Source of the DNA: Ministeria vibrans ATCC 50519
Taxonomy: Eukaryota > Protista > Filasterea
DNA: 40,344 nt
Assembly: GCA_943704425.1 (NCBI GenBank)
Contig: CALSCP010001793.1
Span: forward strand, 1-40,344
Direction of reading: 5' to 3'
Each line of letters starts with the position of its first letter. Within the stretch, counting starts at the first letter, position 1. The notes beneath the pieces were generated by a model. The model saw only the letters and a list, made by a program, of their open reading frames with translations, was not told where the DNA came from and ran no database searches. Below, piece after piece: positions 25,401-36,929 of the stretch. Made by a program: the position numbers and the translations under genes.

Positions 25401-27064
25401 CGGTAGGAGCGATAGACGACGGTGTTGCTCGGGTGCGCTTCGCTGAGCAGGGCGAGCACGTCGCTCTCGGGCACACGGCGAAGATCGACCGCTTGGTGGA
25501 TCACTTGAAGGGGTGTCTGTGACTTGATAAGGGTGTAAAGGTCACGTGAAGGAATTGGGTCGGCGGTGGCGGAACGGTCGCGACACCAGGCGACGAGACG
25601 AGCGTGGAAATCGAGCAGGCGACAGGCGCGTGTGAGGGGGTCGATAGGGTTTGGGTTGGGATTAGGATTAGCGTTGGGGATGGTAGGAGATGGGCTGTGG
25701 AGAGGTAGAAGGGCACGTAGAAGAGCTGCTGTATGTTCGTCGTTGTCAGCGACACGGTTCCAGCCCATGAGAAGGAGGAGAGGCGCAAGGGAGTCGAGAC
25801 CGGGTGTGGCAAAGAGTGACTCGATACGTGCAAAGTCGCGCGAGTCAATGTCTGCGAGTCCCGTTTCGAGGGTACGCTCAAAGAAGTGAGTGGCGTGGCG
25901 ACGAGAGAAGTGAAAAATTTGGGGCCAGTCACGCGAGTGCACTGTGATGTCGGCCATAGGGTTGTCAGTGGCGCAGATTGCGCGGTCGCGATGCGAGAGA
26001 GTTTTGGCGAGGAGCGCACGGCCGTTGGTCGAGCCCAAGAGGGCGGCAGCAACAGCGTCGAGAGCAAGGGTGCCCCGGGTGCAGGCAAATGCGAGGGATT
26101 CGGCAAGGGCGCCGAGAGGCACGGAGCGTTCGGACACGGCGGAAGGGTCGGTGTCGATGGCGAGGAGGCGTTTGTAGATCTGGTCGGTCTGATTGTCCTT
26201 GATGAGCGCCAGCAGAGACTCGACGCACTGTCGCTGAAGACGCAAGGCCAAGCTGGCGTCGTCGCGGGCATTTCGCAAGGTGAGCAGCTGACCCAGGCGT
26301 GCGATGAGAAGCGGCTGCTCGGCGAGTGCTTCGATGAGCTGCGCGACGGCAGTGGACGACGGCGAAGAGCCACTGCGGACGAGCGAGACAGTTCCACGGT
26401 TGGCACCCGCGTCGACCAGGACCTCAATAAAGAGGTTAAACTCGAGTTCGGCGACGAGAGAGTCGGGAAGCGTTTGGTATTGCTATGGGGAGATGAGAGA
26501 GTAGTGAGAGACGAAACGACCGGAATGAAATGTACTCTGTACCTCTTGAGATTGGGGAAAATCTGTTCGGAGTTCCTCGTAGAGCTGAGCTGCAAGCCAT
26601 GCAAGGTGGTATCGGCTGGGAATGGAGACGCTGTGGGGCGGAATGTCGACATTGGGATCGTGGATAAGCGCCAGAATCAATTCGAGGATGTCCACAGCAG
26701 CGGCAGCGTCGCCCTCGGCGTCCTCGTCGGCGGATCCCAGGAGCATGGCCAGCGGCGGCGGCGGGAGCAGCAGGAGAGGGTCGCAGGAGGCGTGGCTGTC
26801 GGGAGTGCAAGCGATGTCGTTTGTGTCGTCGGACCATTGCAGTTTGCACAGACTGTGTGCGGCTGCACGCGCCCGCTCCCACATCCCCAGTGAGATGGAG
26901 TTGCAGAACAGCTGCGCTAGCTTGGAGGCGTAGCCTACGTGAGAAAGAGAGACAGAGAGACAGTTTGAGATTGTTTTGAGCCATTTGGAGATAATTCATA
27001 ATAGAAGGGAAATCGACGTACCGCCGTGATCGTGGAGGAACGGAAAGATGCGTTCCTCCACCAT
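19475..27064 (-). CDS. ZFYVE26: Spastizin / ZFYVE26 (SPG15), AP-5-associated FYVE protein, ~2221 aa. Exons 27064-27022, 26934-26543, 26482-20753, 20542-20401, 20109-19943, 19666-19475
   Basis: Internal FYVE finger WVPDD...CMVC...RRHHCRLCGRVVCTNCS...CDEC. Spastizin-type motifs LFCNSISLGMWERARA, PLLLLMGW, PALLLEQLVMN, RLRDRLV...AMEVSTKCGLD..VWAAWG, YDECLFYLRTYG, QLFMRDFVRAAMT and C-terminal CGKLKAAYLIAV. GT-AG junctions keep frame (6666 nt). Confidence 0.92.
20192..20374. repeat. 29-31 bp minisatellite (AG)n-G-GAGAAAGAAACAAAGTGAT in ZFYVE26 intron 4
   Basis: Five sequenced copies of GAGAAAGAAACAAAGTGATA start at 20206, 20237, 20288, 20319 and 20348. An N gap at 20269-20274 may hide more copies. 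Confidence 0.95.
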
Positions 27065-27276
27065 GGCCAATGTTTGCAAAAGAAGTGAAAAGAAAAAAAA
27101 ATTAAAAATTAAAAAATTAACTCAACAAAGAAACTCATTCTGTTTACTATAAGATTTTCAGTTAATAATTAATTTATTTTTGAAAGAATTCTGATAATTA
27201 TTATTAATTTTTCTTCCGAAAACGATTATAATGATTGTATACTCACATTGATTCACAAAAAAAAAAGACAAATGAA

Positions 27277-30200
27277 TCAGCTCAGATCAATTTTGGCTAA
27301 ACAAGTGTCTCTCTCGGTCTCATCCGACACCTGTTGTCTCCCTTGGTCCGAGAGCAAGAAGTGTTTGACCACACTCTCATCGGTCCCTTCTTCTTCCTCT
27401 CCTTCTTCCTTCTCATCCTCTTTTGCGTCGCACTTGCGTGTCATTTTGGAGAAGGACACAATGAGCTCGGCCGCGTTGTGTAGACGGCCGGCAAGAATGG
27501 AGGCGACAAGGAGCGAGCCAATGCGACGGGCGCGCACACGACTTGCGACAAAGGCGGTCCAGTGGCGCGGCTGGCTGAGCAGCATGCGATAGCGACGGGC
27601 ATGGTCAATCTCGTCGTAGACATAGTCGCGTAGACTTTCGGCCATGTTCTTTGTGTCGCCCTTCATGTCGGCAAGCCAGTCCAAAATGTGCGGGCAGAGC
27701 GGGGTGGCACCCTTGGCAAGCTCTTGAACCGCATCGTGACGCTCTTGCGGGTTGGTGATGAGCACGGCGCACTCAAGCGACAGCTTGTGGTGACCCAGTG
27801 CGGCGAGACGACGGAAGGCCGGTCGCATGTCGAGGTCGAGGGCAAAAGGGTAAGCCTGAAGGAAGGAGAGGAGGTGGCGCACGCGACGCTCACCGCGCCC
27901 AAGCACATCGGCCATGTCGGCGGAGCACAGGGAGCGGATGGAGGCGAGGTCATGCTTCATGACGGCAATCCAGGTGCTGCTAACACAGGGAAGCGGGCGC
28001 AGCGTGGGCACCTTAGCCAGTTCAATGAGGACGCGTCGCAGATGATCGTACTCGCCAAAGTGCAGGAGCTGCGCAAGGACACTCTGCCACAGCTGCGGGT
28101 CGGTGTAGCACTCGTAGTCAAGGCACAGATCGGCACAGAGACGCACCGCGGCAAGTTCTTCGTTGTGGTCGCGCCAGAGAGAGCGCACGAGCGAGAGTTT
28201 GTTGCAAGCAGCAAACGACTGGACGGTCTGTGTACAGCCGACGCTGGCGAGTGCGCCGACGTAGGCAATGCGCGACATTTGCTCTTTGAGACGCTCAATG
28301 GGCTGACCAAAGACCTGCTCGATGTCTGCGGTGGACGCAGCGCAGAATAGAGCCTGAAGTGCCCGACGACGCGACTGGTAGGTGATGCGAGTGGACGCAC
28401 CGCCGGCACTCTTCTCGGGCACAAAAGCGTAGTTGAGAATAAACTCAACAACTTTGCCACTGCCCATTGAGTGACGCAGCAGATAGACAATGCGCTGAAG
28501 CATCGGACCGGCGCGAGCAAGGACGACGAGCGAAGAGGAGCTTTGTTGCGAAGGCACACCATCGTGTGAAAAGTTTGAGACAGCGTCCGTGTCGTGCGGA
28601 GTATCGTCGTAGAGGTCACCGTCGTCGTCGGAGGGCGCTGCGAGCCAGGTGCCCACAAGACGTCGCCGGAGCTTCTCAAGATCGAGTGACTCGTAGCGCA
28701 CGGCAATGTCCTCAACAAGGTCGTGAAGGGACGCACAAGAGGACGTTTGGGAGGTCTGAATGAATCGGGGTGACTCGTTTTCGTAGAGCGCACGAATAAG
28801 TTCGGTGGGCTGTGCAATGAGCTCGGAGTATGGCGCACGGTTGAGATTGGCCGCGGCAAGTTTCTGGACGACGGCAGTGCGACGGCAGAGGTCGGCGAGA
28901 CGCGAGAGAGTGAGCTCGGCAGTGTCGGAGCGCCAGCGACGCGCGTGTTCGACGGCGCACTGGAGCGCTTCCGTCTTGCTCTCGTCTGAGGCGTCATAGA
29001 CGTCGGCAACGCTCTTGGCGGTCATGACGGCGAGATGAGCGTCCTTGACGTGCGACAGGAAGGGGCGGACCTTGGCAAAGGATGCGGGCGGCAATTGCTT
29101 TGTCATATTCTCAATGGCCGTGACATAAAACTGGTCTTGGTTGAGCGAGAGAAGACGCGCCAACGGCAGCAGTTTGGTGACGGTGTCCTGTTGGAGTTCA
29201 GGCGCAAGCACAGGCCATGGATCGGCACTGACGAGGGCGTGAAAGGGAAGATTAGCGGCAAGGTGAGCGGGCAGGACGGTGTCGCTGCGCATGTAGAGGA
29301 CCGCCTGAGGGTGTTCGTTGGCACAAGGGGTCGCCCAGGACTCGAGTTCGCTGGGAGTGGCGGGCGCACGACGTGGGTAGCGTTCGAGGAGGTCCAGCAT
29401 GAGAAGGGCGCGCTTGGAGCGGGCACACTCGTCGGTGTACGCAAGAGTCTCGGCCGGGTCGCTGAGAGGGTCGGCGGCGAGTTCGGCGAGGAGATCGTGG
29501 CAGACGCGCAAGAGGGGTCGCAGAGCGTCAAAATCGTAGGCGCTGACCATGGGAAGACAGACATCGCGAAGGCAACAGAGAAGCGCCTCGCGGTTGGCCA
29601 CCTGGGCGACGGCGGAGTGCAAAGAGCGTTGCCAGCGGAGAGGGGGGCGTTCGCGGATGGCGTATTCAATGCAGGCAAGGAGAGCACCGTCGAGGGGCAG
29701 GTCGTAGGCAAGAGAGTAGTCTGTAACGGACGCCTCGTCGCCGTGAGTGTGCTCAACGAGGGCGGGCACAAGGGAGGCGTGATAGGCGCCATCGGTGCAC
29801 TTGCGAAAGCGACTGTCGTCAAAGTCAATGCCGAGCATGTTCATCTGTTGCCACCAGGTGGCGTTCTTGCTGAGTCGCAAGCAGTCCGCGAGGAAGCTCT
29901 GATGGCCCCAGAGACGCGCCGAGTCGACACCCAAAAGGGCAAGACAACGCAGACGCGCGTAGTCGCGTGTAATAGAGCTCAGAGCAGCTCGGAAGCTTCC
30001 AAAGCCGTCTTTGACCTGCTGCGCAAGGAGCAGACCAAGAGCAAGTGAGTGATCGATGCGTTTGGAGCGGAGCGCACGCGTGACAATGACTTGAACGACG
30101 GCGGCAAAGACGGGGGCGCTCTGTTCGCCAATGACGGCCATCTCGTCCTGGGGGTATGTTGCCTCGGCGGCAAGGTAGCCGGTGGAGGCGGTGACGGTAT

Positions 30201-33200
30201 GGACAACGAAGCGCAGGGAGAGCAAGTCAAGTTGGTTGTCGCGCGTGAGTTGGATCATGTCGCGGCCCGCACGACTGATGGGAGCCAGTGGCGAGTCCAT
30301 GGTGGTGCCCTTCTTTTTGCCCTTGCCGCGTGTCTTGACGAGCGCGAGAGCACGACCGCCCAGACCGTCCTGGTCGTAAGGCAGACGACGGTGAGAGGTG
30401 GGCGCAAGAGCGCGGGGGAAAAGCGAGAGGAGGAAGCGACAGGCAAGGGGCACGGCAGTGCCCGAGTCGAGCACGAGACCGCGATCGCAGAAGAAGTCAG
30501 TCTTGTGATTGGTGTCGTTGTTGGGGTCGGACTCAGAGGTGTACATGCCATTTTCACACTGACGTTGGGTGTCACGCACAAGTTGAGTGCCACGAAAGAG
30601 CTCAACAGCATCGATGAGTTCGTTGGGAGCGCAGACGGAGACAGAGCGCGCCGCAAGTTGGTCGAGCGCGGCGGGACACTGATTCCAGAGCGATTCGCTG
30701 AGTTGGTCGGGAGTGAGAGCACAGCACTGAGCAAACTCGTAGCAGACGTGTTTAAGTGGAATTGACGTGCGCTCGTCCGGCACTCGCTCGTACAGTTCGT
30801 TGCAGATGGCGAGTGCAAGAGTAAAATTTTTGTGCTGAGCGGCCGTCGTGGCAATCAGAACGCGCAAGTCGTCGCGTGAGACGCCGAGAAGGGAGGCAAG
30901 ACGGAAGACGGAGGGAGAGGAGAAGAGGGAAGAGGAAGGGGAAGAGGATGACGATGAATTTGTGTCGCCCTTTTTCACTTTGGTCTTTGTTGTCTGCTGC
31001 TTCTTCTTGGTCTTCTTTGTGTCGTTGTTGTCGGTCTCGGTGGGGTTCTTGACATAAAGGTCAACGTGCTCTTGGAGGAGTTGGAGGCGCAGAGAGGAGT
31101 CGGTGTAGACGCGCGGAGAGATGTAGATGTCAAGGTCGGACTGGAGAGCGGCAATGCCTTCGTACATGGCGTGCGTGTCAGCGGCCAAAGTGTGCTTTCC
31201 GAGGCGGGAAAGGAGTTTGGCGACGGTAGCGGCAGCACGGGCGGCTTGTTGGTGAGTGAGCGAGTCGGTGGGAAGGAGGAGACGGGGCTCGTCAAGGAGG
31301 AGGTCGGTCCAGTGAAAGAAGTCAGTCGCAATGATGTGTGCGAGTGTGGAGTCGTCGATGGAGGCAAAGAGAGCGGTGATGCGCTGATCGAGATCCTCGT
31401 CCAGGTCGGCAACGCCTTCACAGAGATTCTGGAGGTAAATGGAGTAGGCCTCGTGCGGGGCAAAGTGGCTGCTGTAAGCATTGACAATGGAAAGGGCGTC
31501 GTGCATGGCAGAGGGGAGGTCAGTGCGCGCCAGGACACGGTGGAGGAGGGCACGAGCCTGGGAGGTGTCGCTCATGTTGAACTGGACAACACCGTAGCGG
31601 GCGAGCATGGCCTTGAGTTGCATAAGACGGTGCTGTTCGTGGAGTTCGGAGTGACGGCGGTGTTCGCGGTGGGACAACATGTCGTCAATGAGGGAGTCGA
31701 CCGAGTCACTCCAGGGGACGCGCAGACGACGCATGAGCTCGAGGGTAATGTCGACGCGCACGTCAAGAGCACGAATACACGCGAGGACGTTAATGACGCG
31801 CATCTCCCAGGGGGAGTCGCGTCCGAGCGTTGACGAGACAGCGGAGTCCATGAGTTCACGGCAGTACTCTTGGAGAAGCGTCTCGAGGGGCAGCGAGTGG
31901 CGGGCGGTGTAAGGGCGCACATGCTGCTCGATGGCATCCTGGAGAAGCTCGGGAGCGGCAACACGGTCGAGAAGCTGGAGGGCAATGGTGGCAGGGGACT
32001 CTTGGAGGTAGTCGCTCAGCGTGAGGGAGAACTGGTGTTGATCGCGAAGGTGAAGAATGTCTTCCAGCTCGCTGGCAAGCTGACGCAGCTGGACGAGGTC
32101 GGGCGAGTCGACGTTGGTGGCGACCACCAGCAGCTGGACGCCATGGACACGGGCGCGTGGAGTACGAAGGGTGTCGAAGATGTGTTCGCCGCAGTGAGAG
32201 GGCAGTGAGAGGATGCGCAAGGCATTGGCGGGCCACTGAGCCGGCTCACTGAGTTCGAGGTGGTGAGCGCGCGCGAGGCACCAGTCGCAGAGGGCGCTCA
32301 TGTCGTCGGGACGACTCACGCTGGGTACAAGTTCGTCTTCGAGCCACGAAATGATGGCGTTGGTGGGGAGTGCGGAGGGTACGGAAGCGAGGAGCCGGGC
32401 GACGGAGAGGAGGGAAGATGAGGCAGAGGAGCTGAGGTGTCGACGCCAGACAACGGCGGCACTGGTGACACGGCCCATCGAGAGGAGATTGCAGACGATG
32501 CGTTCGGGCTGCCCCGTGCGAAACTGTTGCCAAAGACGACCATCAAAGTTTTTGCCCTGGGACGCAATGTGGAAGGTGCCAAGGGAGTACATGCTGGTGC
32601 ACAGAGTGGTCTTGTGGTCTTGGAGGGACGCAAGGTTGTTGTCGCTGTTGTCGTTGCTGTCGGAGGCTGTGCTGTCAACGTCAGTCGATGTGGTGTCTGG
32701 GGCGGCACGACGGGCTGGCTTAAAGTCGGCAATGGCGGCGGAGACAAGGGAGAGGGCGTGGGCGAGGAGGGACTGCGTGGCGTCGAGGGAGGGCATGGTG
32801 GCGCGGAGGCAAAAGTCAACGACAAAGTCGAGGGGCGAGGTGGCAAGGGCGTCTTTGAGAGCGGTGAGGGAGTCTGCGTCAATGTGGCCGTGACGCAGCG
32901 CCTCGTCTGCAAGATGGGTTGCCTTGACACGGTGAACGAGGTCAACGTCCATGTGGAACTGAAGGGCAAAGCGCGCGGCGTCGTCAAAGCGACCGCGGTG
33001 GAGCAGGTGGTAGAAAGTGGTGGTAGGAAGAGCCTCGGTGAAACGCTGGACAGCGAGGGAGTGAGAAGAGGCGTCGAGGGAGACGAGATGAAAGTGGGCT
33101 TGGGGATGTTGCGGGGCAACAAGGGTGGCGTGTGCGGCGACGGGCACGCTGAAGAGCAGGTCGCCGTGGTGTTGGGAGCGAACGGAAAGAAGGCGAGTAG

Positions 33201-34458
33201 CAGCATTTGTGGTGGGACGTTTGTTGTTTTCGGGGGTTGCCGTTGGGATGGGTTGCGAGAGGGTGACGAGGCGAAATCGGTCTTTGGGCGAGGCGGCTTC
33301 GACATCGTCGCCGTCGGCCGTGTCCAACAGGCAAAAGTCGTCGGCATCGTGCTGGAGGGCACGCACGGTGCAGGTGAGCGTGAGAAGGTCCCACTTGGAG
33401 ATGCGACCGTCGTTGTGCAGAAGGAAGAGAGAGTCGTCGGTGGACTGGGCACGGACGACGGCCGAAGACTCAACGGCGACACTGGTGAGAGCGTCGCACT
33501 TGGTGTTGAGGCTGGACCACAGCGTCACGCCGTTGGTGCCCCATGCCAAGAAGGCGACGGTGGAAGCAGGAGCAGTGAGAGCGGCGGCAGAGGCTGAGAA
33601 GGGATGGCACGCGTGCACGCCCATGAGCATTGAGTGGTGCGCTGAAAGATCAAGCTTTTGCAGGACAATGGACTTTTTGGTGGCGGCCTTGAGGTTGCTG
33701 AAGCGAAAGAGGAGACCTTGGGTGGCGGTGACCATGAGAGAGGCGTCGGTGCTGAAGGTCATGGAGGTGATGGGGGACGTGACGGGCAGCTTTTGCGAGA
33801 AGACGACGGCGTTCTTGGTGAGCGACACAACATGAATGGTCCCTGAACGATCGGCAATGGTGAGGAAGGTCGAGTCGGGACTGAAGGCGACCGCGTCTGG
33901 CTCGTGATCAAGATGGATCGTTGTGAGCAGTTGAAGAACTTGATCGACATTTGAAAATATGTGTGTCTACGAAAAGTGTGAGGTGTGAATAAGAGAGAAA
34001 GGAACAATATTCAAAAATGATCGATTGACTGATAGATCAAGTGACAGATTGTGCGCAGAAAATGTGTAGGATCGAATAAACGCGAGCTTTGTGCGTGTAT
34101 GTGCTTAGTTTGGGTGCGTGATGCTTACTTGCAGATTGACGCACAGGCAAAAGGCAGACGAGGAGGCGTTGGCGAAGAATCGCAAATTTGAATTTTCCAC
34201 GTCTTCGTCAAAAGGGGCATTCTCGGTGTCGTTGTTGCGAGAGCAGTTGGCAATGGAGTCAATGCGGTACAGTGAGGTGCCTGAGTTGGAAAAGTAAGGC
34301 AGAAGAAGGGTAGAGAAGGAGATTGAGAAGTCGAGTAAAATTCAAAAATTGCTTTTCTCGCTACCAGAGTCTTGTGGGGAAAATTTTGTGGTGGTGTCGT
34401 CGGAAGAGACAGGAAGGCAGTCAATGAGGTCCCATGTTGCGGGAGGGAGGGTGGTCAT
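27277..34458 (-). CDS. KNTC1: Rod / kinetochore-associated protein 1 (RZZ complex), ~2311 aa. Exons 34458-34365, 34280-34129, 33966-27277
   Basis: The N-terminus WDLID...DDT...GTSLYRID resembles the Rod start. It is followed by a beta-propeller-like region, LLHRGRFDDAARFALQFHMDVDLVHRVK, WCLARAHHLELSEPAQWPANAL, VPWS and a Rod_C-like end (KLSLVRSLWRDH, LCLDYECYTDPQLWQSVL). Junctions are GT-AG and in frame (6936 nt). Confidence 0.88.
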
Positions 34459-34873
34459 TGAAATATGAATAAAATTAATTATTTGATTTGATAAAATAAT
34501 TTATTTTGTACTCTTCTGTGTCCTGTGACTGTTCTGTTCCGGATGGAGATGGTTGGTGTAGTATGGACTGTATCACTCGCTTGTATTACTCATGAGCTAT
34601 GTTACTTGTTTGTCGTGTTTGTCGTATGTCGTTTGTCACAATGGTATTGAAAGCGAAAAAAATCGTTTCTCATATATCGCATTGGATTATTTATTCAGTA
34701 AACTTTACCAGATTCAGATTGTGCTGGGTACTTAAAGGCAAAGATATGCAGTATGGAATTGTTATCGACGTGTTGTTAAGTTGTGGTGATGATGGCATTG
34801 TAATGGGGATGAAAGCAAGAGAGAAATTCAAAATAAATACATATAGCACATTTTAGAAGATTCTTAGATATGG

Positions 34874-34983
34874 GCGTCTGTGGCCGAGCGGTTAAGGCGC
34901 AGCACTCGAAATCATCGAACACCTTCGATCATTTAAGTAATGCTGTCTCATCTGAGTCACAGGTTCAAATCCTGTCGGGCGCG
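34874..34983 (+). tRNA. tRNA-Ser (anticodon CGA) with a 29-nt intron at the canonical 37/38 position (34911-34939)
   Basis: Acceptor stem GCGTCTG/CGGGCGC, A-box TGGCCGAGCGG, anticodon stem CAGCA/TGCTG around CT-CGA-A, long variable arm (CTCA/TGAG), T arm ACAGG-TTCAAAT-CCTGT and discriminator G, all typical of type II Ser tRNA. Confidence 0.93.
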
Positions 34984-35006
34984 AAGGACTGTGAAAGCAG
35001 TCCACC

Positions 35007-35015
35007 TTTTTTTTT
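35007..35015 (+). terminator. RNA polymerase III oligo-T terminator of the tRNA-Ser gene
   Basis: T9 run starting 24 nt after the discriminator base. Confidence 0.8.
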
Positions 35016-35304
35016 GTTCTTTTTCGTTCTTTTTTTTTTAATCTTTTTTTTATTTGTTTATTCGTTAATCAGTACAATTTTTTTTTCTCTTCATCAGTAC
35101 AATTAAGTATCTCGATTCTCACTTCTTAAATCTTAGCGACATTTTGAGCATTTATAACACAGTTCAGTCTGAAGGAAAAGAAATACTATTTTTTTTGTGT
35201 TTTATACTATTATAGTATTTTTATTCAATGAGACGTCTTGATACATAAATACAAATTCGAGCTCAGCGCTGTTACATTTCGGTGTGTTAACGAAATGTCG
35301 ACTT

Positions 35305-36609
35305 TCAATGACCTTCTTTGCGATCATACGTCACCTGCTCTCGTAGTCTCTTGTTTTCCGCGACTATGGCACACAGCTCATCGCTCAGCCGCGCATTCTC
35401 CTCCACGATCCGTCTCTGCTCCCGCTCGACAATCCCTACAATTGACACGCTTTCTAATGCTCGCCGACTCGTCTCAATCCGCTCACTTGTTTCCTTCTCC
35501 AATCTTTCCTTCTCTCTATAACATTATTAGCAGCAGATCAAATTTTCCCTTGCATGCAATCTAGCCTAGAGCCACAATACATTCACAAAACATACCTTTG
35601 AAAATTCCTTTGCAGCTCAAACACCGACTTCTCATATTCNNNNNNNNNNNNNNNNNNNNNNNNNNNNNNNNNNNNNNNNNNNNNNNNNNNNNNNNNNNNN
35701 NNNNNNNNNNNNNNNNNNNNNNNNNNNNNNNNNNNNNNNNNNNNNNNNNNNNNNNNNNNNNNNNNNNNNNNNNNNNNNNNNNNNNNNNNNNNNNNNNNNN
35801 NNNNNNNNNNNNNNNNNNNNNNNNNNNNNNNNNNNNNNNNNNNNNNNNNNNNNNNNNNNNNNNNNNNNNNNNNNNNNNNNNNNNNNNNNNNNNNNNNNNN
35901 NNNNNNNNNNNNNNNNNNNNNNNNNNNNNNNNNNNNNNNNNNNNNNNNNNNNNNNNNNNNNNNNNNNNNNNNNNNNNNNNNNNNNNNNNNNNNNNNNNNN
36001 NNNNNNNNNNNNNNNNNNNNNNNNNNNNNNNNNNNNNNNNNNNNCGATAATAATAATACAATAAGAATGAATATTATGATTGTTATAATAATAATAAAAA
36101 TATAATGAATAAAACGCAATAATTATAATTGTCTTGACCGTCAACACACAATAGTAATGCAATAATGTACCTTTCAACCTCAATCTTGTCCCACACACTC
36201 CCTTCTCGTGTCTTTCTCGAATCCTTTTCAACGCAACTGCATGTCTTTGCTTCACCTCTTCAACGAGCCCCTCCCTCTGTGCCCCACATCGCTCCAGTTG
36301 CTCGACATACACTTTCTGACGTTCTGTGAGGAACAACAACACACAATCCTCATTGCTTGCCTACCCCACTTTCCGTCGCCTTCTCCCGCTCGTCCAAAAG
36401 CCATGCCTTGTTCTCATTCAGTGCTGTCACTGTTGGCCGAACCACGCCAAGTTGTCCCTCCAAAACGTCTAACCTGCACATCAGATGTTTGGTTGCCTTG
36501 ACAACGAATTTGGTATTGCATCCTACCGTCGTTGAAGCGCAGCCTCTCGTTTCTCACTCGCGGCAATCTGTCTAGCCGATGGCGCGAGCGACCCTTCCCC
36601 GTCACCCAT
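35305..36609 (-). CDS. Coiled-coil protein of the DUF4515 family (CCDC166/CCDC121/BBOF1-like). The middle is lost in an N gap and the 3' end is uncertain
   Basis: Spliced segments read MGDGEGSLAPSARQIAASEKREAALQRRLDVLEGQL...LNENKAWLLDEREKATE..KVYVEQL and, after the gap, EYEKSVFELQRNFQREKERLEKETSERI...RRIVEENARLSDEL. The F..EK.RLE.E...I....R.I..EN..L pattern resembles BBOF1/CCDC166 from memory. GT-AG introns at 36526-36474 and 35595-35516; the other junctions are ambiguous. Confidence 0.55.
35640..36044. other. Assembly gap (405 N) inside the DUF4515-like gene
   Basis: Run of N. Confidence 1.
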
Positions 36610-36929
36610 AGCAGAGTATGGTTGGTAAATAAAATTATGACCCAAGATCAAGCGAAGTATTTGATTTTAGGCTTTGAGGGAGACACTTCACATTAATATT
36701 TTCCCAGTATCACTGGCTAACTGGCTCACTCACTTCACTGCCTGTCGTCTGGCTGCCGAGGTCCGAGGGTCGAGCCGTCAAGGGATTATTCTTACTATTA
36801 TTATTATATTATTATTATTGTTATATTTTTTTGTTTTGACATTGAATAGCTATTCTCTGATTCTATTATTATTTTCTTGTTATTATAATTATAGTTGTAA
36901 AATATAATATTTTAGTGGTAATTAATTGT

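Noticed and set aside
20790-33850. Numerous 100-390 aa antisense and alternate-frame ORFs over ZFYVE26, KNTC1, DNAH1 and the myosin
   Set aside because: Shadow ORFs of GC-rich, codon-biased exons; no recognisable motifs.
3912-34458. Functional dynein-Rod gene cluster
   Set aside because: RZZ recruits cytoplasmic dynein-1, whereas this heavy chain is axonemal. Adjacency is probably coincidental.
34905-34940. TTA within the tRNA intron as a possible suppressor anticodon
   Set aside because: Canonical 37/38 splicing gives a normal 7-nt loop CT-CGA-AA, and the Ser identity elements agree.
35561-36342. Long ORFs in the track spanning 35561-36342
   Set aside because: Artefacts of the N gap (poly-X translations).
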